DNA from: Balanoglossus misakiensis
Taxonomy: Eukaryota; Animalia; Hemichordata
Assembly (NCBI GenBank): GCA_040954595.2
Contig: CM082592.2
Span: 7,241,677-7,305,676 of the forward strand
Length of the DNA: 64,000 nt
Direction of reading: 5' to 3'
The translations under genes and the position numbers were made by a program. Positions 13,901 through 27,449 of the stretch are shown piece by piece (position 1 is the first letter of the stretch; the number at the start of each line of letters is the position of its first letter). Under the pieces are notes generated by a model. That model saw only the letters and a list, made by a program, of their open reading frames with translations, had not been told where the DNA came from and made no database searches.

Positions 13901-16900
13901 ATTCCAAACGAAACGCATTAAGGGATTATTTGTGTCGTCAAGGAGACCGAAATTATTGTTGGCTCTCTCGTCATCAACATAGCTAACAGACAAACAGGCG
14001 AGGCACCGGGCATGCGTTGCTAAGATTGTCTCCTTAATGACTCTTTCAAGCTACGCCCTAGTCACGTGCCAGGTGGCGCAAGAAAGTAGCAAATGAACGA
14101 AGGCATGCCTTTTAAACTGGCATTGTCACGAGGGGAGAAAAGAATAGCTTTTCGGGTCACCGGGCTCGGCATTGTTCAGACTGGCTGATAACAATACCAG
14201 ACAATTGCAAACCTAACAAAAGTTTGCTTTGTTGTGACCAACCCACGGAGATTCGCCTCACAGGCATTCTTTAAAACTTTCTTTTTATTTCATCTCAGTC
14301 ATTTTTCTCTCTTCAAGAGGGGGGCCCCGCGGTTTTTAGATTGGCTCCAAACTCAGGTAAAAAGCGGGCATGGAATTCCGGGGCCCTGGAACTCGATGAC
14401 GCAGTCTCTCGTTGGAACCATACAACGCCGGGTCGGTCATGTACCCTCAGCACAGCAACGCACCGATCGCGACTTGTAAACACCAAACAGTAACAATCAT
14501 GCAGTATAATCTACTGAGTTTTTTTTTTAATTTGCAACAAAAACGTGACCACACGCTTTTCATGACACGCGGTTAATATTTGTTCCGTTACTTTTCTTTC
14601 AGGGTTCCTTAGATTTAAAATGATAATCGCTCCTGTCTCCGAACTTCGTTTGCCAATTAATGTTTTTAATTATATCCATGCTCTTGCTTGCGTCATAAAC
14701 GTTGCATTTTGTTTACGAAATCGTGGTTCGATAGTGCGTTATGGCACGGAGTCAAGACAACTGTCCCGGTGACCAATGTACATTGTAATTGGGACACCCC
14801 ATGACTTCTTTTTTGTACATTTGTGACCTGCCCAGGTCTTGGCCTCGAGCTGCGCGAGCTATGACGTCATTGCCTGCATTCATCCAGGTATTTCTGTGTC
14901 GCGCAAATTTGTTTGTGTTCCCTGTTTTGATTTGTTTTCCTCCCAAACGACTTTTTTTTCTCTGGTCTGGTCTAATCTGTCTTGTTTGGTTGTCGGAGAG
15001 ATGTCGTTCGTTTGAATATTTTGGCTTGACATCAAGACGGACATCTTTTGTAGAAATCTACATTTGCATATTCACCGATTAACCAGATGTTGCCACGGCG
15101 TTTAGGGAGACCATACTTTGTTTACCGCGGTTCAGTCAGTTCGTCTTTTGTCCGCTGCGCCGCTGGCGAGTTTCAGCAAATTTATCACCCAGATCTTCAG
15201 TACAAATGACTCAGCCGTTTTACTATAGCAGTTACCTTCACCTCAAACGTTCGTTGGTGTTCACGGTCATGGGCAGTTTGGAGCCGAGAATGACTATTAA
15301 ATTCTTGTACAAATCGAAGAATGGTAATCAAAGCCTTGCAGAGTTTTATCAAACTTTTTATCGGACCCCGTCCTTGCTACCCGGTCGAAAACGCGCTCCG
15401 CGAAGCTTCGTCACTGGCCGGGCGCGGCGTTACTATAGCAGCCGCGGTACAGAGTCGTCTATGCAAAAAAAAAAAGCCAAAGTTTCACAATTACGTGGAA
15501 TAAAACAGAAATATTACACTTTTTCTAATATCCTGCCAAAATGCGTCACTGCGAATGGGTTTACAGTAAACGCTACGCTGAGTAATACTGCAGTGTGTAC
15601 CGTACCCCGGGCCGCCAGGCACCGTTACTAAGTACGGCAAGATTTGTTTTATAGCCCACCCAGGCACGCGTCTCCCATATAAAAGGCATCTTCAACTTTT
15701 CATGGGAAAGGCATCTTCCAGCCGATGCGACAAGTGTTCCTTGCTTATCAGAAGGCACCAAAAAGATGAAAATTCCTTTTTGTCCGGGAAAGAATTCATT
15801 CCCGTTTTCTTCAAGGAAAGACGGGCTATATATTTGTGTATCTCTTGCTCCAGTTTTGACAGTGAAGTTTATGAGTTTCTGGACCTATTTAGGACAAAGA
15901 CGTAGCCGCGACTCTGAACTCCCGGTTGTCGTTTTGAATAAAACGCTCCAAATCATGCGAATTATGACCATGGCGGTGAAATCTCAGCTCATTGAGATTA
16001 ATATTTGCATTTAATTTAGTTCAACGACGAGAAAAGGCGATATCGTCTGCAAACATGTTACGTGGCTCAGGGGTAGTGACGCGTACCTCTCACCGAAGAT
16101 TCACTTGCGATCTGCGTCATACTTGACGTTGTCAGAAAACAAAGGCCGTTGGGATGACAACTGTGACATCGCGACAACTTTGACCAGATAGATATGTCAA
16201 AAGTGCAACATTTTCAAATCCATGCAGTTGACGTGAGCGTTTAATCAATAGCGCAACAGCGTAAAAGGTATGGGCGCAGAGCCACGCGTGGTTCGTGCGC
16301 GCGTGCGTCTCGCCCCGTTGCTAAGGAAGCTCCAGTTGATCTACATCGCGTTAGCGCGATCGGTGTAGTTTTGGTAGCCTCGTCTCTCTCTTTCGGAGAG
16401 AAATGCGAGGGCATAAAACAACTATCGTGTCGAATGCAAAGCCAAAGGCGAGCACGAGATGTGTAGATGCCGCGATGGACCTAGACTTAGAATTGTCAGT
16501 GATGGAGGCCGGGTTCCTCGTGCACACTTTCCCCTAATTAGAGACCGTGCCACGGGCATCGCGCGGCGCGTGCAGCCAGAGTAGAAGAGCGCGATGCGCG
16601 CAGACTCACCTGGTCCCACGATCAGCATCTTTGCCTTGCAGACTTTGAAGCAGTGGAGCAAACTCTTGGAGCGCAGGTTGAAGTTGAGCAACGAACAGGT
16701 GACGCCGATCTTGGCGAGTCCCAGGAAAGTGGACACAAACGCCGGCTCATTGTTGATGAGAAGCGCCACTATGTCCCCCTGCTGCAAACCCTTCTGCAGC
16801 GCGGCGTGCGCAACCCGGTTCGCTTCTCTGTCGACGGCGCCGTAGCTGTGAGCCTGCGCCTGGTAGACCAGGAAGGTCTTCTCCGGAGTGCAGCGGACGT

Positions 16901-18373
16901 GGCCTTCGAAGACGTCGACCAGGGTCTGCTGGTGCGGCTTGGCGTGAGCGTGCCGCCACAGCTGCCGCATGACCGCAATCTTGTTGCCGACGAAGCGCAA
17001 GTCGAGCCACAGCCGCGGATACAGCGCCGTTGCAACGATCACCACAACAAACGGCAGGCAGGCAAGCACCACTGCAATCTCCAGCCACATTCTCAAAGGC
17101 TTCTGCAAAAGACAAACAAAAAATTTGCAGTCGGTGACAAGAGTTCCTGCTCCTTGCAAAGTCCGATTTGAAATTAAAGGGCTTATGCGTCAGCGCTTCT
17201 ATTTCTTATAAATTTCGCCAATAAAGGAAATGCGGTCGTAGCTCTATGCAAATAAGCACCCCCTTTGTATTCCCCGAACTGCGTCCTGGTACCGCCAAGC
17301 TTTCCACAACCCTGGGCCGATGTTGGGCGTTCACTGTTAGGTACATTGAGACCAGGGGCTGCTCAGGACGGGCTTGTACAGGCTACATAAATGGACACAC
17401 TGGGCAAAAGGCCAACACCATTCAAAATCATCCCATTATTTTTAGTAGAATTTCACCCCTGCGAACTCGAGAAATTACGCGCAACGCGAAGTGTTGCGCA
17501 AAGTTTTGCCGTGCGGGATCACGGGTCGAAATGATATTGGTGTCTAGTCAAAACCTGACGGGAGATTTAACTATAACGGACAATGCCTAAATGAAGCTTT
17601 CGGGTGGCTGAGATTTCAATGATGCTACCGGATTACACTTGTTTTGTCGAGCAACTTTTGAAATGAAGTTGAATGCTGAGAAGTGAAGTAGGAACTACCA
17701 ACTTTGCCGAACAGTGCCTATTTAAGAAAATGTGCAAAAATTAGGATCATGACGCGTGTTATGTCTTAAAATGAATGAAACAACTAGACCAGAACTTGAA
17801 GACTATTTTCTAGATCAAATGTTGAATTCTTGTGAATCAGATCCGTCTGCTTCGTTTCAATGTCATCCCTTGCGTTGCGTTGCTACATATCGGGGGACTG
17901 GCGTCGTGAAAACAGCCTCAATGTTTAGCCGTTAGGGGAATTTCTTGTACTAGAATGTTTGCAAACGGGAAAGGTATAGTTCACGTTTAGTTCACGAGTT
18001 GCCCAGGCCCGGCATCATTGCGCGTGCTCGCTGGGCGCTCGTTCGCTGGGCTCTCGTAGTGACGTGAACGAGAGCTGCGAGATCTGGCGTATATCCCTGC
18101 GTGACACGCGTACTTTTTCTTCGCTGTCTAAACATAAGTTCCCTTCGCGAAAAAAAGTCAATTTCCAACTTTTACACTAATCACACTTAACAAGGGATTA
18201 CCCAAAGATACTAAGCGAAGACGGCGGAAACTATGCCCCTAATTCTAACCACAGAAGATAGTGAATTTAAACTGAACTGAAGTTGACGATCTTCCGGATT
18301 CGCAATCGATTCAACCAACCAACACACTTACAGGGGTAAACCATGTGTCCGCCACAGCTAACGAAGTCTCCAT
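11000..18373 (-). CDS. Fatty-acid transport protein / very-long-chain acyl-CoA synthetase, SLC27A family (exons, minus strand: 18373-18332, 17102-16610, 13657-13436, 13193-13035, 12783-12659, 12527-12333, 12191-12101, 11966-11768, 11574-11477, 11322-11000)
   Basis: AMP-binding motif [17 protein letters not shown] motifs [52 protein letters not shown] and TGTFKQKK; N-terminal hydrophobic anchor. The 42-nt first exon ([14 protein letters not shown]) is in frame but less certain; the alternative start is MWLEIA at ~17090. Confidence 0.95.
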
Positions 18374-21300
18374 CTTGATGGTAATTTCGAGCACAGTTTT
18401 TGACAAGTTGATGTTTTTCGATCTTTCTGGCGAGTTTAGGTTTGCGAGACTCTTATATATTCGCGGCGGGCTTCTCGGATTGGACAACGCGTGTTACGTC
18501 CTTGTTGACATAATCATGCGTGAAAAAAATCTCACGGCCAATGCCATTTGTTGTACTCCGCACCCTTCTCTGTCCAATGTGTTTACTACTAGGACTCTCC
18601 GGATGCCAGTTTCAATACAAGCAAGGACAAAATGTAGGACTCACAATAATCGGTAGTCTGCGCCGGTCAAAACCCGTCTGGCCATCACATTACAACTTTT
18701 GCGTAACAGATCATGAAAAGGAAAAAAAACGTGGTCTGGTCCCACGACCATTTCCTACACTGGTAAAAAACGACATCATCAACCACTAAGTCTAACTCAA
18801 GTTTCTGGGCTCTCTTTCTCCCTGCTGTATCTCTCAATAGTGGGAAAATATATTTCATTGAAGCATTACTATGTTTTCTTTCTAACTCTGTCCTATAATA
18901 GCCGCGTTGAGGGCGAGGTGTAAATTCACACGTGTCTTTAGTGATGAGGTGTGACCGTTTTTACGTAATATCGACTGCAGGGTGTCTATAGATCTGGAAG
19001 GAACTGCCCAAGTACACGCTCATCAACCAAACCGATCAAAACACGCAACGTCACGGATCCTTGAAGAAACCTTTGCAAACGCGCGTCGTTGAACTTGAGT
19101 AAATAGTATATACGACGACAACGTAAACAACTTTCCAAGGGCCCCTTTTGATTTCGCTAAAAGCCCACGGTGTGATGTCACAGGACTTTGAGCAATTCGT
19201 GACGGCCGTGCGATCAAAAGACGCCATCCTTTTGTGATGTCACAATGTCAAGAACGCAACGAAGTCTCGCCCGTTTTGTCCGGCAGTGATGCTGATGGTG
19301 GTTGTAGTGGTGTGTGCGAGCTCTGTCAATGTCCCCCTCTCCGTCTATCCGTCTCTCTCCTCCCCCCTGTGTGTTTCCCCATCTAAAAACATGGTGGAGA
19401 ATCCGAACAATTAAAGGTATATGATCACCTCGAATTTACATACGGCGCCCATATACGGCAGAGAAAGGGCATTTGAGTGTTCTAAAACATATGGTGACGC
19501 TCTTTTTTCCGCGTGTGCCACCCACTGAAAATCTGTGATTGGCTAGATCTCGATTTGGCATGGTAACAGTAGCTAAATTTGCATAGGTATATCTTAAAAG
19601 TCGGCGCACGCGCGCGCACACTGTGCGTTTAGATTAGGACTTGGTATAATGTCATTCACCTGTCTACGCGCATCTACAAAGGGCTTCTGTGGGACACACC
19701 GGCAGTTTCACAAACGTGCCCGAAGTTTACATCCAGTACTATAAGATGTTATCCACCCCAGGGGAGAAACGATCAAATGAGCAAAGACAACCATAAACCC
19801 TTCGTGACGCAAATGCTTTTCTGGTTCCTTTATGCTCAAATTCGATAAACACATCAGAACTTGTGTACGTGTGGCCTCGAACATTTTTTTTCGAATCGTT
19901 ACAAAGGCCACGTTGCTTACTTCCTTAGACAGGTACCTCGCAACAGAGCAATCAAACGTTGAGTTAAATTCAACAGAGTATGGGTAAATTTTGTGTCTTT
20001 TTGACATTACTTCGGTAAACGGTTTGTTCATACAATTTCCGCAAGTCATGCCGGAGAAATAGGTGACGTTGCGCAATACGGTCCCTGGCATGACTACCAG
20101 TTTACACGTGACTGTGGTATGGACACATGCAGGCACATAGTGGCCTGTCTGAACACGTGCAGATTTTAGTGTTAAAAACAGTGTATACGTTTTAGGTGAA
20201 GGTCGGTTCTGATTTCAGAAATAGGACCTCATTATCTGTATTTTTTTAAGCACCTGGACAGAATTAACGGGAAAGGACGGGCGCTTAATAACCCCAGCGA
20301 ATGAAGTCCGTCAGAACTATGGATTTGACCCCGCCTGCTGTTCCTGTGCGTCCAGAAGTTAACTATAGTGGCGTTGAAAATTGCTATTTTGCTTCGAAAA
20401 TGCTAAAATCAGTGAAACATCATAACCTGTGCAATAAAGTGAGTGGTCACGTGCACCTGGATGGAAAAGGTCGTCTGAACTGCGCATGACCCGCGCTAAA
20501 TCGTACGTCAAGCGTGACATGAAATAATACCATGTAAACGAATTCACAGGTATTAAGAGGGGGTTAAAAAGAAAAAAAATACGTGGCTTTTTGGTGACCC
20601 TGATTTTGTTGACCTTGGGAGCTCGTGCGATTGTGTTTGACTCCTGGCACACGAGTTGTTGTCACTATGGCAACCGTAAACATGGATTGTAACACGTGAT
20701 TGTAACATGATAGGTCCAGGTGTAGCAGGCCAGCCGTAGAAAGTCCGATTCAACTTTGTTTGTAAGGCGGAAAACACCTTGTAATCTTCAATGGTTCATC
20801 AAAAGCAGGCTGGAGAAAGCAGTGAAAAGACAAAAACAACATCGACCTGCTTGGGCTCCCATTGCCCCCAAAGAAAAAGAAAAATCAAGAAAACATTACC
20901 ACGACACTGAAGACTAATTTCGTACTTATTATTATGATCAAATCACGGTGGTGGAGATTCGTTATATTCGACAGTTTTAGGTTTATTGCCATAGTAAAAC
21001 AAGATTCACATTGTCAGAATGCTGCTAGCGATATGATTGACCTTTCACGAAAGCGTACTAGTTTTATTCCTCGAGGGTGCCAGCTACCATTTCTTTGAAC
21101 CCGGCTTTTTTGGACAGAATAAAAGCCATCATTGTAACGCGAGCTCTTTAAATCCACGTGACACCTTGCGCGCAGAAATATTTTTCACGGTGAGATGTGT
21201 GCATTGTCTGTATTCCTGCTTTTGTTCTCAATATGTGTGACCTTGGCCTTAATCCCACCTCGCCCCCTGTAAATTGTGGCTTTGTTCGGATAAAAGACGT

Positions 21301-22875
21301 CGTATGTCCTCTACTGCTGTCATACTCAAGTGTGGTACCGTCTATTTTAAGCTCGTGGTACAAACTTTCTCTCGCAGCAGGCATATGCATGATTAGGTCA
21401 GAATAGATACGACTGTACCTGCCTTCTACTGCCTATAGTGTGGTCAACTTTACATTTTTAAAGGTCCAACTTTTTCAGTTATTTTTTAAATGAGTATCAA
21501 CACTATCTTCTGACGGGACAAATGGGGTCGAGCTAGCGGGAGCTTACTATAGAAGGGACCTGGTTCTGGGGGTCAATGTACTTTCCATCTGTATGCATGT
21601 TTGATCGCGTGGGTTCGTTCGTCTTCGCCCGCCAAGGTCTTGCTCTCCGTTTGGGAGACTGCGGTCGAGTCTACGACCCGTGCGAGGAGCGGACGATTGA
21701 ACATCGAATATGAAGTTATTTGCTCGTGAAGATGAGGGATGCAGCAACCTCGATAGAGGGCGCGCGGTTTGCGCATAGACCATTGATCGCAACAAGAAGC
21801 CCTACCAAAGTTGAATCGTAGCTGCACGTGGCGGAGTTTTGGTATACAGCACATACCACGAGTCTATATCAACCTCGAAAGCGTGACCTGTTTGCAAACG
21901 CAGTCGGGAACAGAAAAATAAATGTAATTTTCTCACCAATCACGCAGGCGTATAAAGCTTCTCCTGTCGAAATTTCCATCCATCGCAGCCTTGCACAAAC
22001 TTAGCAAGATGCACGACAAATTTTGCCGCAGATCTTGCTGAATATCGTCGTCGTCTTCTGCAGTGTGGTCAGTTAACAAAACACGTGCTGTTTTCACTGA
22101 CCAATAAAACTCGGGCTCTTATTGCATTCCCTCTAGGTTTACAACTTGTGCTTTCTTACTAAAGGTGAACCGTAATATAAAAGAATAATTATGAGAGAAA
22201 CGCTGTGATTGGTTTATTACTTTCGAAGCATCTGTGACCACATGTCCATGGATACATAGTGTACAAATAGCGTCAAGGACACTTTGCTCATAATTGTTCA
22301 AATTCGGTACATATAAGACTACCAAATTCCAATACAAACAATTTCGAAATCGGTGTTTTCTGTTTCAGTGCGATCTGATCGAACGTATGCGAATATAGTC
22401 TTGATGCTTTGTAGGGGGGAAATAGTAAGCTTTGGAGACATTCTAACAAAATTCATAAGTGGGACGGTCGTGATAGGTCTAAAATAGTGATCCAATCATT
22501 TTCCCGGCGTCGACTTTAGTCGCATACGACGTCCCCCATGCTTCGTTCAGACACCGTTAATTAACACACCACGAGCGTGTGAATGGGTTTGTTTGAATGC
22601 CGACATATGAGGAAAGTCGTAATTTACACGAAAACGCCAGATGACGTCGCCATTCTCGCGAGCACGCAAACTTTTATTCCTATACACGTCATTCACACCT
22701 AGTAAACAGAGGCTTTCAACCGAAACCCAAGCTTTGTGTTGACTTTGTTTCCCCTTTGATATTGGAAATGGAACTTGTTATGCAACGACACTTTTCCTGT
22801 CTCCATAGAGACCTGTAATTGGTCATTCAGGAGTGTTCTCGCCCCCCCCCCCCACCGGATGAAAGACGATCGGCT

Positions 22876-22969
22876 TATATAAAAGGGTAACGTTGTTTTT
22901 GAAAGTGAACATTGACCAGCCGGACGGTGCTTCCTCCTTCTCGGCAACTGTTTTCCAAAGCTTTCTAAG
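22876..22969 (+). promoter_or_regulatory. TATA box and non-coding first exon of the secreted peptide-precursor gene
   Basis: TATATAAAAG at 22876, then a strong donor AAG|GTAAGG at 22969/22970; a matching acceptor TGTAG|AAG at 24751/24752 lies just before the ATG. Confidence 0.6.
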
Positions 22970-24773
22970 GTAAGGAATAAACCGCTTACTCCCATAATTA
23001 TTTTATCGCGCTTGATTAGTACAGTTTTTATCGTGTTATTCTCTGAGAAACAAGTTTGTTTACGTTATATGCGGGAATTGACGATTAAAATTGGTTTTGC
23101 GAATGTGACGCCACGACGCCCACCAAGTTTCATTCTCGCTCTCCGCAATCAGTTTAGCAGTCTTTTGTTACGTCATGTGCATCAGCTGAAAAAAAGCTTG
23201 CACATTTTGATTATTCGTATGACTCACTTTCTACGATGAGAAACGTTTGAATTTAAAATGGCGAATTTACAGCTTATAATCACAAACCCGTGGCGTCAAT
23301 GCCTGGGTTCAGTTTTATCGTCGACCCATTCGCGAACCTATAGACTACGCCTTGGTTCTGTTAACCACCTGTTGATTTGACAGGGCGCTGAGGCAATGTC
23401 CCGGATGATGGATACAGACGCATTTCATCACCCAGTAGACAGACAAACAAAATCGTTCTGTATACAGAAGTGCATTAGCGCTTCTGTTTCAACGTGTACA
23501 CGGATTCTACAGTTATATGTGATGTCTTACATTACTCAAAAGATCTGTACCGACTGCCATCGACCCCACCCCTGCAGTGCAAACAATCTATGCAAACGAA
23601 AACGCCTGTTAGGCTTATTAAGTCAAGAAATGTTTGTGCACAGGCTGTACCTGTGTACGAAAATGACAAAAATGCCCTTTCAGCGATTAGGGCCTGTTAA
23701 TATCATCAACGGCTGGGATGGGCCGTATGAGCATGTTTAGTTAAATTTAGGAGTGAATTCCAGGGCCTGGGTAACACTTAGCACTGTGGGTGCAAGCATT
23801 TCGATGCGTTGTGCTAATTGTACAGAAGTGGTCGTGCTGACGTTAAAGTATCTGCATGTGCTGTAACCGATGCAAATACTAGTATAGAATAATACTGGTC
23901 GACTCTGTGACATCATCAGGACATGTTATCCGCAGTCTTTGACGACTCAGTCACGCGAAACAGATTTACACCATGTCTACACAGCAACTCAGCATGTATG
24001 CCCCAAGGGTCTAATCTCGATAATGTCAGCCGTCGTGCCAAACAAGTTTTCATCCAACGTAATGAACGCCTTTTTAATCTTTGAAAGGGTGACGGCGATT
24101 TTAAGAATACAGCTGGTTTTACATGTCATGTACAGAACACCGAACTATATCCGTCAAGTCATGTAAACGAGTCATGTTTTAAAACACTGATAAGGAATGT
24201 TAGTATCCGCACTATAGAAAGTAATTTAAAAAGACTGTTTTGAAAAAAGACAAAGGCAGCCGAACGCACAATACGCACAGCCCACGAGGATTTCGTGTTA
24301 CGCATTGCAAACTGAGGTAACAACGTCACATTGTACGTGCTGGTCAATTCATGCGCATGACAAGACAATCAGACTGGAATGGGGGTGACTGAGTTCCAAA
24401 TGATCAGCGGAACAAAACAACGAAACAAAAAAGACGAATAATTCCGTCGTGTCGTGGAGGTTACATTCCACGGTTACACACACCAGGGGCTAGAGTTATG
24501 CAATAGACCTATCAGTTGACATTAAAAGCCCAGCTTTGTCACAACCATGTAAATCAGGCACTGGCTTATACAAAAAAATGCAAATTAAAATAGTTTACCC
24601 CTTTAAAAACGCCACGCGGAATATGAAAGGAACCGGGGAAATCGGCATTTGCAGCTAGCCGTAGAACATATCGATAACGTGGAAACCACATACACTCTTC
24701 TTTATTGATTTTCGCATCTATCGTTTCATATATCCCCTTTGCCTGTTGTAGAAGCCGAATCGGTAATCTCAAA

Positions 24774-27449
24774 ATGGAGACCAACCTATCAATTGCCATC
24801 ATTCTTTGTCTCGTGGTTGCCACGGTCCAATCAGCTGCGATTGGTAAAGAGCGAAGCATTCAGAAACGTAAGTTGAACACCTGTGTTTCTCGTAATTAGC
24901 ATAATAAAGTACAGATCTGAATCAGAACCTGGGGTTTTGGCCATGGTTGTATCTTCTCGTATACATGCCAAACCCCAGACCGTTTTCTCGCGAAGCACGT
25001 GGTTTTGGCATATGAATATCGACAGTCACACGAATATTATCTCCCTTTCCTCCAGGTTTCGGCTGCTTTCGTTTTCAATGTTCGGACAACGAAGTATGCA
25101 AGGAAAACCACTACGGAGAAGCCTACTGTCTTCCAGGTGAGGATTGTTCATGTCTCGTTTGGCAATAACATTCCCGCTTTATTCATTTGGTAGATTTGAC
25201 TGTGTATAAACGTGATCAGACTTTACAGTATTTTACTTGAGTAAAAAGCCACGTATTATGAAACAAACCCGACACGTGAGAAGCTGTCAATTCCCAAATT
25301 AAGTTTTGAATGATATGGGATCTTTAGCGGTGTTCATTTTTAAGAGTACCAAGTTTACAGCATCGTATACTGATTTGAATGTCGTCACCGCCTTGATAGT
25401 CACAATCTTGTGTTTTTGTGTTTTTCCCCCCAGCTGATCAGTCAGGTGCCCAGGGCAGCAAAGGTAAGTGGAATTTTAAGTTGAAAAAAAGAAAGAAAGA
25501 AATACTTTTGTGTTGCATTTTGGTTAATTGCCCTGTCCTGTCATTTTACCTGTCTAGACTGGAAAATTCACAGTCCTACTCACAATTAAATTGTCACTGC
25601 AACACTTCTCATATTATCCTCTTCCAGGTCGCGAGTTTATCAAAAGACTTCTTGAAGTTCTAGAGTCCAAGAAAAGCGAAGATCAACAAAGCTACAAGAG
25701 ACGTAAGTACCACTTGCAACAACAATATCAAAACACAAAACACAATGTTTGCAACTCGTTTGTCACATCCACGACTGTTCAAAAACCGTACACCCCTATT
25801 CAGTAAACTTAGTGCCTTGAAATTTTGTAAAAGATAAGTAATTTGTAACAATCTGACGTATCTCTGTCTTTAATGCAGGTTTCGGTTGCAATCACTACAA
25901 CTGTGGCGATGACGAAATGTGTCTTGAAAATCGATGGGGGGAGGCGTACTGCGTAGACGGTAAGTAATAGATTTAGTTGGACATCCATAATACAAAGAGC
26001 GATCATGGTCCAGAGAATGATTCACCATACAACGCACGTGAAAATAAACGAATGGCTACGGGGTCTCAGTTGATGGCAGGGATGAACTATGAAATCGATC
26101 TCCCACCGAAGAGCCCCTGCATTGAGACAAACCAATAGCAGAAGTCGACATTAATAATAACTACGGACCACTAATAACAGAGACATTGTTCATTTATGAC
26201 ACGTAATGGTTTGAATGGACAAATGATCATAATATTGTAATCCACCAATTTGCATAAGTGGGTATTAATGAAGTTGACGAATATTTCTGGTCGGATTAAC
26301 TTTCAGATGATACACCCGGCGTCGGCAGAGGAAACGGTAGGTGTATTGGTGACTCGTGAAAGATCAAAAACTTTACGGAGTATATTACAAAAAGAAAACC
26401 GTATGATTACTACTTCTTCAATGAAAAACATTTCATACCCAAAGACTGAGCTAAGAGTGAGCGAGGGAGAGAGGGGTGGGTTAGTTGGAGGGAATGTCTT
26501 TATGGTACAATCAAAATGTATGCCACGCTAATGATGTGTGTCTCTGTTTGCCAGCGTGTGTTTTTATCACGTGACACGGCAAACATTTTACAATAAATCA
26601 TTCTCTGTTTTGTGTTGTTTTCAGGCGAAAAGCGAAATTACGACAAACGTAAGTTGTCTTTAAGACGCTGAGAATCTTAAATCATGTTACACGTACTGCG
26701 TTCCTCGGTTTTGTGCAAGTTAGCTTTCTATGTTCATGAAAGCTTAACATGTTCTAAAAAGAAGTTAACTCGGAAGCACGTTTTAAAAATCATTTTTTTT
26801 CTCATTTGCAGGTTTTGGTTGCCATCACTACGACTGTGAGAGCGGTGAAATGTGTCTCGAAAATCGATGGGGAGACGCTTATTGCGTGGATGGTAAGTAT
26901 TTTTTTTTTGCGATTCAGAGCACACGTGTGTTCTTCAATCGCACACGTGCGCTACAAATAGTTTTAAGGCGCAACACGGAGATTGTCACACACAAAAAAG
27001 TTTCCCAAATTGCTACCGAAGTTAATGTTAATTTTTCTGCATTTCAGAAAGCATGCCAGGCGCTAACCAGATGAAACCGGTAACTATACATTTATCACCC
27101 TGTTTTGTTAGGATGTTGAAAATATGTACAGGATATAATCTTAGCCACGTTGACAGATCGTAGGAAGCACTGCTTCGACCATACAGAGTCGACGTTCATT
27201 GTCAAGGCGTGGTCGAGGGTCCAGGCCTATGTTTTCAGTGACACATGAATCGTCTTGATAACCAAAGCGTTTTAACGCTGTTTTTGCCATAATGTACATA
27301 CTAGTATACTTGGCATGAAAATAAACTGGCAAAAGAAACCTCAGAATTGAATGGTTTCTTTTCAAACCATCTCAAAGGATCTCAGAAAAATTTCACTATT
27401 TATCTTCTGTGTGATAATTTTCTTGCAGGAAAACCCCAGACAGAAGTAA
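24774..27449 (+). CDS. Uncharacterised secreted polyprotein precursor, 182 aa, with three FOLN-like 4-Cys peptides (exons 24774-24867, 25056-25136, 25434-25463, 25628-25702, 25879-25959, 26307-26336, 26625-26648, 26812-26892, 27048-27079, 27429-27449)
   Basis: All ten exons have canonical GT-AG ends and splice into one open frame: METNLSIAIILCLVVATVQSAAIGKERSIQKR-FGCFRFQCSDNEVCKENHYGEAYCLPADQSGAQGSKGREFIKRLLEVLESKKSEDQQSYKRR-FGCNHYNCGDDEMCLENRWGEAYCVDDDTPGVGRGNGEKRNYDKR-FGCHHYDCESGEMCLENRWGDAYCVDESMPGANQMKPENPRQK*. Signal peptide present; AATAAA at ~27600. Confidence 0.85.

Noticed and set aside
16594-17211. Overlapping ORFs in several frames over FATP exon 2
   Set aside because: High GC content removes stop codons; only the FATP frame has family motifs.
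18900-22800. Short ORFs and a lone donor (~19416) between FATP and the peptide gene
   Set aside because: No consistent exon chain or protein motif; treated as intergenic or regulatory DNA.
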